Shown here: positions 53,721 to 64,000 of the stretch, piece after piece
Position numbering within the stretch: position 1 is the stretch's first letter
How the letters are laid out: every line of letters begins with the position of its first letter
Origin: Octopus vulgaris
Lineage: Eukaryota
DNA: 64,000 bases
Direction of reading: 5' to 3'
Assembly (NCBI GenBank): GCA_951406725.2
Contig: OX597826.1
Location: 82,212,001 to 82,276,000, forward strand
Program-made: the position numbers and the translations under genes
Notes under the pieces: generated by a model
The model's input: the letters and a program-made list of their open reading frames with translations, nothing else
Databases searched by the model: none
What the model was told of the DNA's origin: nothing

Positions 53721-56011
53721 AACTTTCAAGACTTTCGCTGACGTCACTCCAGGATTGACTAATTACATATTTTTGGGGGGCTTAAACCGAGCCCTCAGGA
53801 TAAGAAAGAAATAACCATATAATGCCTTTTAACAGTCAGCTGACCGAGACATCAGAAAACAAGTGACGTCTTAAGAAAGTCAGCCATCTGGAACGTTGGA
53901 TGAATGTCAGACAAAAACAAGTGAACAAGACAGTTGAAAAAAAGGTTGACGTTGACAATACTTAATCAAGCAGAGCACAAGACAACTACCGAACAAAAAT
54001 CAGTCTTAAAATGTTGATAAATATAAGACATCACCAGGAAGTGAAACAACCAGAACGCTCGATTGCTGCCAAACCAGAATTTGTGACCAGAGCATTCACC
54101 AAACAAATGACGGAAACAGGCGGTCAGCCAAGCAGAATATTTGTCCTCAAGCGCTCAGAAACTAATGGCGTCATTGAGTTTAGAACCAATGAACAAGTGG
54201 ACCAAACATCTTACATGTACCTTGGAATTTCAGTTTAAGGCAGTTCAAGCTCTCACCAACAAAACCTACGAGGAGAAGTAAAATGAGCTTTTTTGCTAAT
54301 ATTTCAATTCTGTTCGTCTCTAAATGCTAATATGACTTATTGATTTGAAATGAATTCGACTCTCAATCATTTGTCATTTTTATGAAATTCATCGAACATT
54401 TGAACTTGCACTTTTTTCTACTACAGTGAAATTTATTGATATTTATATTTGTTTGAACACTTTCTTCTTTTGTGCAAGTTTCACTGAATTTTCTCCTCTA
54501 GATTCAGTTTCTTTTACACTTTCACTTGCTTTTCCTTTACCATTGACAAAATTCCCGAAACTGGTATGGCAATTAACGGAATACATCTCTGAAGTGGTTA
54601 TATGATGTTCAGGAATTATTAGAACCTGTAAGTCCATACAGATTCCATCCTGAATGCATAGCATTTTTGATTGCCTCTTCAATTACCGGCTTTATGTACT
54701 GTGCCACAAATGTGGCAATGCGCCATCTATGTGCCTCTACTACGCTGGCCTACGACGGACATTTTGGTTTATGTTGCACAAACTGGGTCTGCGATTTCCT
54801 CTCTTGGAAATAATGTTGTAAAAGCAATTAAAACAATCCACTCCAGTTTCAGAAAGTCAGTAGAAGTTACTCTCCTGCCTTCTAACATTTACGCAAAATT
54901 TCTAAGATAAAGAAACAGTTTAGTGACATATTTTCACAAGCAAAATTGTTGTTCTTATTTTCTCCGTTGAAAGCTTTCCGTTGTGTTTTGATGCAAACAT
55001 CCCTTTCAAGTGATACACGTGAGTGTCAAAATAGTAAACCTCCATATTTAAAAATAACCAAAGTTAACAACATCAAGGTTTCTACTCGCAATATACAGCG
55101 ATGATGCTGAATAATAAAATGTAATTATTTACTGTTACTGTTGCCATTGTTCCAGATTAGTCATAAACCAGCATTTTATTAATAGATGAACCGCGAAGAA
55201 GCACGATCTATTTTTATAAATACCGTATACTTATATAGTTCACTGTCTCCTTCCATGTTTTTAGGAACGGAGTGAATTATTGACGGAAACTTGGCTGCTA
55301 TTTCTAGCAGACGAAGCAACGATATGCAAGTTCCGTTTCTGTTTCGTATTGTATATTTAGTTTGACGTTCTGCCAGGTCTTCTAAGTTGTAACTACTTTT
55401 AAAACCATGTTATTTATTGCTTTGTAAATGTTTTGCTAGTCGCTTTCTCCCTGCTGTTTATCGAACAAGAAAAAAAAGATATATGGTAGAGTTTTTGTAA
55501 AAATTTTATTTGTTTATTTAATGTTTAAAACAAAACATTATTTAAGAGTTCCACTGAAATGCTATTGTCTATTATAAAGAGGAAAAAAATCAATTTCATT
55601 TTCATAGTCTACGTCTTGTACAAACACCGTTTCCACAGAATATTGTTGTTTAATATTGGAATATATTCATGTATTCCTTGGACTGGCTTTGGCAGAATAT
55701 TTTCAGATATGGTACATTCAAATGCAGACTCTTTTCCGATATAAACGATTTTGGCAAGCGATCAAGCTTCGTTTCCAATGTATTACAGCAATCGCTTTAT
55801 TGTAATCAAACTATTAATTGTAATTAATGTTATGGAATTAGAGAAACATGTGCAACTGACATTAAGTTGTTCAACCAGGAATTACAGAGACAGTGATTAT
55901 CGTCGCCATCGTCATCATCATCGTCGCTGTAGTCGTCATTGTCATCATATATATATGTATGTATGTATGTCTGTATGTATGTATGTATGTATGTATGTAT
56001 GTATGTATGTA

Positions 56012-56042
<31 letters not shown>

Positions 56043-56084
56043 GTGTGTGTTTGTGTGTCTGTGTTTGTAGCCCTATATTCACTT

Positions 56085-56250
56085 GAAAACCGATGTTGGT
56101 GTGTGTACGTCCCGGTAACTTAGCGGTTCTGAAAAACAGACCGATAGAATAAGTATTGGGCTCGGATAGTGTAAGTCCTAGGGTTGATTTGTTCGACTAA
56201 AGGCGATGCTCCAGCATGACCGTAGTTAAATGACTGAAACAAATGAAAGA
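56085..56250 (+). mobile_element. SINE body and tail (octopus-type)
   Basis: aaccgatgttggtgtg.ttacgtccc.gtaacttagcggtt..gaccgatagaataagta..gatttgttcgactaaaggcg.tgctccagcatg..tgactgaaac, recognised as an octopus SINE tail. Confidence 0.55.
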
Positions 56251-56259
56251 CTACCTAAT

Positions 56260-57960
56260 CCGCCTACTGTAATAGGATTTGTTTCTGTTTTTAAGCTCCA
56301 TGTTCGACTTACCTCTCTTTCCAGATCTTTGTATTTTGAAAGTTTCTCCGTTTCTTTTAGAGAAATATTGTTATATGGTTTGTTGTTTCTTGTCCATCAC
56401 CACATTTTCTGCAGTTACTTGTATTTCTTTACATTACATGTTTTTGGTTATTTCTAGTGGGGTGGCTTTGGTCTCGTGCTACAATTAAAAATCTTTCAGT
56501 CTCTGCTTTTGAGTCCTGAGTTTCTCAGCCTTTGTTGGGATTTTGCTTTGTCTATTTCTTTTCTGTTTATTTTAACCCAATATTTGCCACGAACGGGCTT
56601 TTCTTGACATCGTTCTATCATGACACGCTCCTGTTCCAGTTTTACTTTGGATTTCTTTGTTGTTTCTTCTTTTTCTTCATAGCTGTTAGGTACCATAACT
56701 TCTTTCTTGTATTTGTCAGCTCCCTTAAAGAAAGAAAACTTTTTCCTTGCTCCTGAAGTAGTTATTTCTGTAGTTCTATGGTTATTTTCTAATAGTTTTC
56801 AAGCCGTATAAGGCCTCTACCACCTTCGATACATTGTATATATAGCTCCCTCCATGTCAGATTTTGGGTGGTGCATCCCAAATCCTGTCATTATTTTTCT
56901 TGCATTTCTATCTATTTTCATTAGTTCATTTAGAGTTCAGTTAAGAATATTGTAGATGTAACTTATAACTGGGACAGCTACAGTGTTGAAACCTATTTTC
57001 TGTTTTTCGCATTAAGCTCTGTTTTCCGTGTTAGTTTAACTCGTCTATAGTAATCTATTCTTATCTTCTCTTTCATTTGTGTGTGTTGTATTGTATCTAG
57101 TTTATCGATTCCGAAGTATGTGTATGTCTGGATTTGGTCTAATTCTCATATTTCATTTGCGTTATCTAGTGTGATGCTGCTACTCTTAACTAGTTTTCCT
57201 TTTTTCGAAGTTGCTTTGGCACATTTTTCTAAGTCAAATTTCATGTTTATTTCTTTGGTAAATCCAAATACTGTTTGTAGTAATGTTTCCAGCTGTTTTT
57301 CATTTGTATCATACAGTTTTAAATCATCCATATACAAAAAAAAGGCCGATCGTTTTGCCGTAACAGTTGTATCCACATCCAGTTCTGTTTAGCATATCAG
57401 ATAAAGGTTTCAGCGCCAAGAAGAAAAGGAGTGGAGAGAGCGTGTCTCTCTGGAACATTTCTCTCCCAATGGGGATATCTTTAGTCTTTATGAGTCCCTC
57501 TTCTGTCTGGAGCTGTACCACTGGGAAATACTATCAAAAGCCTTTCGGTAATCGATCCATTCCTACTTAGAACCTTCTTCTTTCTGCGGTTGTCTTCAGT
57601 TATAGCTTTATTGACCAGTAGCTGATCTTTAAAGCCGTATGAACCCGTTCAGGCATTGTCTCTGGCTTTGCTAGTATTTCATCAAATTTCTCAGCCAGCG
57701 TTTTATGTATTCTTGTTAGATACTTTAATCAGAATTTGAGGATCTTGTCGTGCTCGGATGCCTTCCAGTTGCCTAGTTTTTGCAGTGCTGGGTTGACCTC
57801 TTCAGTTGTTATAGGAGTCCAGAGTTCTTCAGGTGCTGTGTTTGTTGTTTTGATAGAACTTTTCTGAGGGTGTTCCATCGCCGACCTTATTAATTTCCAA
57901 AATTCTTCCACTTCTTCTGCTGTTGGTGCTGCATTGATCTCTATTTTATTTTTGCCAAGT
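56260..57960 (-). mobile_element. R4/Dong LINE relic with multiple deletions
   Basis: EEVEEFW, NWKASEHDKI, REMFQRDTLSPLLFFLALKPLSDMLN, FLYMDDLKLY..MKFDLEKCAK, SGLKSRD, EKLSKYKDLEREVSRTWSLK. Confidence 0.85.
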
Positions 57961-57989
57961 TCAGAGGTCTTTGGCCAAGTTAAGAGGTC

Positions 57990-58213
57990 CTTTTGCCTAT
58001 CGTTGGTTGTTTCAGGGTATTTAGCCAGTCCAATTGTGATGGTTTTGTACGTAAGTTCAAGCTGGATCAAGCCTCGACCTCCCTGAGCTCTGGGAAGGTA
58101 AAGACGATCCACGCCTGCCTTTGGATGGTGCACCTTATTACCGGTCAGTAGCTTGCGGATTTTTCTGTCAATTTTCATTATTTCACTGGTATTCCAGTTA
58201 AGCACATTGAAGC
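57990..58213 (-). mobile_element. Separate R4/Dong fragment abutting (TTA)n
   Basis: SFNVLNWNTSEIMKIDRKIRKLLTGNKVHHPKAGVDRLYLPRAQGGRGLIQLELTYK; the same region is already present in 56760-56960, so this is a second copy. Confidence 0.85.
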
Positions 58214-58399
58214 TATTATTATTATTGTTATTATCCTCATTATTATTATTATTATTATTATAATTGTTGTTGTTGTTGTTGTTATTATTATTATTATTAT
58301 TTATTATGTCTTCGTTTTTAATACTTTGTTTTATAAGAGCTGTTCCAAGTCTCAACTAGAGACTTAATTAATTAAAGATACTACTACTACTACTACTAC

Positions 58400-58431
<32 letters not shown>

Positions 58432-58450
58432 ATAATAATAATAATAATAT
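58214..58450. repeat. (TTA)/(TTG)n and (CTA)n/(TAA)n arrays
   Basis: Directly visible. Confidence 0.9.
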
Positions 58451-58730
58451 TAATGATAATTGTCAAGACGAAGAGCGCGATTCGATTGTAAGATATTTTA
58501 TTAGTTGAACGATATTTCAACAGTACGTCTGTCTTTGTCAAGTTCAAAATAAGTGATAAAAATTCAAAATTACAGAAATTTATACGTAAAGTATGAACGA
58601 GAGCAACCAGCGTCATCAGTTTGATATGAAGCCCACGGCTCCGATGATTGCAGAAACATTTGTTATTCACAGGTGTCTCCGTAACCTTTCAAAAGTTTTC
58701 ACAGACGTATTGCATACTGTTGGGAGTGAC

Positions 58731-58764
<34 letters not shown>

Positions 58765-58990
58765 GAAATATTAAAATTACTAAGTCTCTCTAAAAGAGAA
58801 CAACGGCAGCGTTCCCGGAAAATAATAGTTATCGCCATACTAATATGGCATTCTTATAAAAATAAGAATAAAGCTGTCCGCTTATTAGCTCCATGAGGCC
58901 ATCGCCTTAAGTTAGCTATTTGATACACAAACTGTATCCATATAGCCTTCGAACAAGGGAGGTCAGTCGCTCTACACTACTTGATCGACA

Positions 58991-59032
58991 GCTACAGACG
59001 CGTTTCGGGGTATTGCCCCTTTTCAATGCAGC
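58991..59032 (-). ncRNA. Mirror copy of the same hammerhead motif
   Basis: Exact reverse complement of 59126-59167 in the left arm. Confidence 0.75.
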
Positions 59033-59125
59033 GTAGCCAGACCAGTAGGTGTCGCTTCTGACAATCTCTGTTCGAAGGTTTTATTTACAGAGATTGTCAG
59101 AAGCGACACCTACTGGTCTGGCTAC

Positions 59126-59167
59126 GCTGCATTGAAAAGGGGCAATACCCCGAAACGCGTCTGTAGC
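59126..59167 (+). ncRNA. Minimal type I hammerhead ribozyme, U3:A8 variant
   Basis: Stem I GCTGCA/TGTAGC (one G-U), core TTGAAAA, stem II GGGG-caata-CCCC, GAAA, palindromic stem III ACGCGT, GTC cleavage triplet. Confidence 0.75.
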
Positions 59168-59479
59168 TGCCGGTCAAGTAGTGTGGAGCGACTGACCTCC
59201 CTTGTTCGAAGGCTATATGGATACAGTTTGTGTATCAAATAGCTAACTTAAGGCGATGGCCTCATGGAGCTAATAAGCGGACAGCTTTATTCTTATTTTT
59301 ATAAGAATGCCATATTAGTATGGCGATAACTATTATTTTCCGGGAACGCTGCCGTTGTTCTCTTTTATATATGTATATATATAAGGAAACTATTTATCAA
59401 TAGTTCTGTTGGCTTGAATAGCTCCATCAATTTGAAAGTTAAATTTGCAAAATTGCTGAGATCTTTATTTTTCTCCTAC

Positions 59480-60070
59480 TTCGGCAGGTTTATGTTCTCA
59501 CCAGTTCTTCGTATATGGGAGTCTAGACTTGGGGCATATGATATGGTGCAAATAATGACCAAATCCATCATAGCGATTAATAGACTCTTTTGCAGTTAAC
59601 ATAGAACGTCCATTGATGGGGTGGGGAATAATTTCTATGGCTGTACCGAAAAAGCGGCAGAAACCATGAGCATCGTTATTAAGAATCTTGGTTTCATAAT
59701 TTCTAATGGAAGACTCTGATCTTTAGTTGACACAATGAACTCCTCTGTTTATGACTGAAGTCCAGATGCAGCCACACGCTGATGGGTCGTATATGCATCA
59801 ACATCAAAATCACTGATCTTTGTATGGTATTTACCATGTACTTCCTTACTTTTCCAGTTACTTCACAACTCTGAGATTGCATTTCATTTGGATTGTGCTT
59901 TTGTTTGTTTTGATTTCACAGACGGTTCTTCTGTTTCGTCTCGTTGCTCTCCAGTTTCGAGTTCTTATATTCTTTTACACATTTCATTTTTACTATTGAT
60001 TTTGACTACAGATTCTTAGAACTGTTATGCATTATATTTCGAGATTCTTCAAGGTGTGTACGCAGTGGCG
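59480..60070 (-). mobile_element. Old R4/Dong LINE relic (pre-endonuclease and CCHC region)
   Basis: EVHGKY..DVDAYTTHQRVAASGLQS*TEEFIVSTKDQSL-RNYETKIL..FCRFF..EIIPHPING..NRYDG..LHHIIC. Confidence 0.7.
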
Positions 60071-60804
60071 CCAGTTCCGTATATTGTATACTATAAATGG
60101 TGCTGTAGGCCGCACGTCAGCACCAACCTGCCAATTCATCAACATTTGCTTGTGCAGGAAATCTTAGCAATTGCATTTATCACATGACAGATAACTGATT
60201 TCATGTTAACAGGTTACAGGTGAGTTTCTGTGAGAGATAAAGTAAGCTATACACTTTATGAGAAACATGAGTAGTTTACCTTGCTCTTGTGTGTAACCCA
60301 TTAGGGGTAGAAGTCTTTTCGACTGTATCCTAATCTGCAGATGAAGGAAGGAAAGAAACTCGAAATTTCCTTAATTCTACGTCTGAAGGAGTGAATGTGT
60401 TAAGTGTATTTTCCCTTAAATCATTGGCTATAATACCATGCAACGTCATGTGATGCTATCGAATTGTGTTTGGGTAAAGACAGACAGATTGTTGTTAGTA
60501 TTTCGACGCTCACTGTTTAGAGTGAAGAGCGGACATATATAGGTAATTGTTTGCGTCATTTCTAACGTTCAATGTTTGTGGAGAGAGCGTTAGTTGCTAA
60601 ACTTGACATTATGGTAATTGAAGATAATATGGCGCCTATGGATCCTTAGGAAATGTTTTTTTACTCAACGTCGGTAATCTCTTACCTATTAATAGCGGAT
60701 GATTCTAAACTGAATAGGGATTTAAACCAGATTACTTTTCTCATTTTTAGACGCTTCGTGTCTGGGTCTGTGAGTGTGTGTGTGTGTGTGGAGGGATCCT
60801 CTAT

Positions 60805-61900
60805 ATTTACTTGCTGGTAAAATCCTTTGTGATTGTGGGGCGCGGCCATGTTGATCTCTTTGCTAACTGTTTTGAGATCTCTCTGCTGATGCCATTGACT
60901 AGATCTGCAATAACAACAGGAGGGTTATGAGTGACTATGAATATGAATGATTCTTTTTTCAAGTATAGCAATTGCGTATCTGGAGATCCAAGTTTTAATC
61001 CAGTACCTCTTTGGTTGGTTGTAAATGTCATATCGAAAACCATGTTTTGTTGTTGTTTGTTCCTTCTTGAGTCATGTCTAGCTCATAAGGGCCGGTTTCC
61101 CTGTTTCGTGGCGTATAGGTTCCCCACCTGGACGGGACGCCGGTCCGTCGCAGGTGAGCTGCAAGATGCAGGAAGAAAGAGTGAGAGAAAGTTGTGGCGA
61201 AAGAGTCAGCAGAAGTTTCGCCATTACCTTCTGCCGGAGCCACGTGGAGCTTAGGTGTTTCGCTCATAAACACACTCATCGTCCGGTCTGAGATTCGAAC
61301 CCGCGGTCCCTCGACCGCGAGTCCGCTGCTCTAACCACTAGGCCATGTGCCTCCACATCGAAAACCATGGCGAATTGTTTACCATATTTAAATGCTTTCA
61401 TTGCAAAAAATATCGAATTTGAAGGCAATAACTTTCTAACTCACTTCATCTAGAAACACTGGGACCATCAAGAGACTATTACAGCATCACATGGAATATT
61501 CTTTACGTAGTCCATCCTTATTCACTTGGACTCTTTATTGCCAACCCCGCCTCCGAAAGACAGTCAATAGTTTAGCATCCTGAAGGAAAATTAGCTATCA
61601 TAGTTCTGCCACCAACAGACGAGCGCACTGTTAATGACTTTGAAGTCTCTTGTCAATGAAAACCCGACTGCGCCAAGCTAAGCCCTTCTGGACCACAAAC
61701 AAAAACAGTGTACCGATTTTATGTTGCTCATAGAGTGTATACTTTACTCATGTCTGTCATGGGAACCCATTTGTAATTTGACACTACCGAATCGGTTACT
61801 CCGTGTGAAAAATTTAATGGCTAAGTTTTCACACGCTACAGAAGAATGTTCACTAATTGAAAGAGTGATGCCAACATCTAACATGCACCACAAAATGAAA
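60805..61900 (-). mobile_element. Penelope-like RT relic interrupted by a SINE
   Basis: KLQMGSHD (cf. V.MGSxD) and THNPPVVIADLVNGISREIS (cf. SNHPP.II..l..gIS.RiS). Confidence 0.6.
61045..61356 (-). mobile_element. Full-length tRNA-derived SINE with target-site duplication
   Basis: Head tggaggcacatggcctagtggttagagcagcggactcgcgg...gggttcgaatctc (A box TGGCCTAGTGG, B box GGTTCGAATC); (CAA)-type tail; TSD atcgaaaaccatg at 61032-61044 and 61357-61369. Confidence 0.92.
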
Positions 61901-62843
61901 TGAAAAGAACTGGTGTCGTTATATATGCAGTTCTACAGGTTAGCGACAAAAGTATTACAACAATCTTCCTGCAAAACTTGGACCTAACAGTGAACTGAAT
62001 AAACCATTGGAAGCCAAATACCTAGGGAATATTTAAAGTTTTCGTTTAAAATCTCTTTACATTCTTTGAGCATCTGATGAGGGGGGGGACACTATGGTAG
62101 AATCAAACAGTTATTATACACACATGCGGGCACATACATATATATGCGTACGGTTTTTCTGTAGAGGGATGCATCGCATGGGCCACGGCCATAATTTAGC
62201 CGCAATCCTTGCAGTACACGTAAAGCTGTGAACATCACAACATCTCAGTCGTCTTTCATCTTCTAACAGAGCCAAGGTCCTGTGTTTATGTAAGCAAGTA
62301 ATTTATATTAATTTATTGAATGCACTTAGCAATTTAATGCTTCTCTTGCTGCACAAAGTAAAGAGAGTAACAAAAAAAAATAAGAAAGAAATATAGAATA
62401 GAAGAAATAAAACAACCACAACAAGTATTTAGAAGACTAAAAAAAAAATGACATTTGGAATATTTATGCAAAGTTAGATTTCGGTGAAATGTATTGGGTA
62501 ATTTGAATATGATTAAGTACTTGTCATGTCTTTTGTGCAAGCGAATCATTTTACAAACGAAATAGCGATTTTCTGTCAGTCTTCTTCCATTAAATAGTAA
62601 AGTAGTAAAAATGAAATAGTAATATTTATAAAATCGATGGGAATTATAAACACTGTACATATATGAGTGTATACATACATACATACATACATACATACAT
62701 ACGTGCATACATACATTCATACACACACACGTTTACACAATCACATATAAACACAGATATTAGACATATATTAATATCTTAATACGTATGTAGGAATGTA
62801 TGTATATGTGTGTAGGTGTGTAAATATGTGCATATGTATTGAA

Positions 62844-62883
<40 letters not shown>

Positions 62884-63402
62884 GTATACAAATGTGTCTG
62901 ACATATGAACTGACACACACACATACGTGCGTGTTGGTGTGTATAGATGATAAAGAATTTGGTGCATGAAAACGTCTAATGAGGTAATGTAGAGAAATAT
63001 GGAAATCTGAGTGAAATAAAACTATAAACTGCTACGAAATAAACTTTTTAAAAGGGAATTAAAAAAAAATGATGAGAGTGAGATTTATAGTTGCTTTTCT
63101 TAAATGCTAGAAAATATAGGTATTGGATTTCAAATCGTGGCAGGTTTGGTGTATCATTTAAAGAAGTATGAACTAAGAATTGATATCTTTTCATTAGTTT
63201 AGACATGGTATCTCTATTTTTACGCTTTGCAGGTTATGAAGTGAATAATCCATTTTTTGCTCGGGTATTATATGAGTACCCGAAGCATCAATCGTATTAT
63301 ACTGCGCTCTTGTTGGTGACAGGTATCCTGAAAGGATGATAGGGCTAAATACAAGGGATCATATGCCACCTGCTGTAACTCTACACTTACCCTTTTCTTA
63401 GT

Positions 63403-63407
63403 GTAGT

Positions 63408-63463
<56 letters not shown>
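63403..63463. repeat. (CAG)n/(TAG)n compound microsatellite
   Basis: Directly visible. Confidence 0.95.
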
Positions 63464-63465
<2 letters not shown>

Positions 63466-64000
63466 TATAGACATGGGCTGTAACAGCGCGTCACTGCATC
63501 CACTAGTTGTTGCTACTACCTTATTCCACCAGTCTGATGACGCCTTGGCACCACTCAAGCGAGAACCCTGCGCCCCATGGATCTGTTTGCGTAGTCTTAC
63601 CTGATAAGGATTGTACAAGTTTGAATTGCAAATCCTGGCTCAACCACTTTTAGTCCCATTGCACATCGCACAGATAAAGTGTTGGGTCCAATATTTGAGA
63701 TGCCGGTCCCCACACAGTAGAGGAGTCACTTAAAATAAACTATTTTGTTCAAGAACACTGCACGCTGCCCACTCTGGGATTTGAACCTTCCATCTGGTCA
63801 TTGTGCGTGTAACATACCAAATTTCAGTCTGCAAACATTCGAAGGAGAGTCCCAGCTGTTATTCTGGTTCCCATTCATGCTGCAGGAATTCACCTGGAAT
63901 GCTTGGGTATCAACTACATCAACGTCAGAAGAGGTGAATGTTTTGGAAAGCATCAAGGCCAAAGTTCCACCCGACACCAAACAATTAAAAGAAAAACAGG

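Larger units (their letters stand above)
58791..59367. mobile_element. Fold-back insertion, 281 bp arms, 15 nt loop (Penelope-like terminal repeat, inverted pair)
   Basis: Arms 58791-59071 and 59087-59367; only 3 mismatches noticed by eye; TA-rich flanks; each arm carries a hammerhead motif. Confidence 0.9.

Noticed and set aside
61280-61356. tRNA gene
   Set aside because: It is the head of a SINE, continuous with body, tail and TSD; no complete acceptor stem
62074-62110. CTGATGA followed by a G-run
   Set aside because: No stem II partner or GAAA at the right spacing

Overview
AT-rich, repeat-dense eukaryotic DNA. The SINE families, compound microsatellites and LINE mix resemble an octopod (Octopus-like) genome; this is inferred from family recognition, not from a database search. 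I find no intact protein-coding gene: the ORF track consists of microsatellite read-throughs and decayed transposon frames. The window holds R4/Dong-clade LINE pieces beside (TAA)n arrays, Tx1/L1 and RTE LINEs, Penelope-like relics, mariner and Tc1 relics, tRNA-derived SINEs and a TTAGGG-carrying TIR element. The most notable structures are these. (1) A near-full-length Dong element and an RTE element each carry a 5' inversion with twin-priming geometry. (2) Four fold-back inverted repeats with 59-281 bp arms, three showing template-switch-like duplications. (3) In the largest hairpin, a minimal type I hammerhead ribozyme whose core has the compensatory U3:A8 pair instead of C3:G8. Boundaries of decayed elements are approximate.
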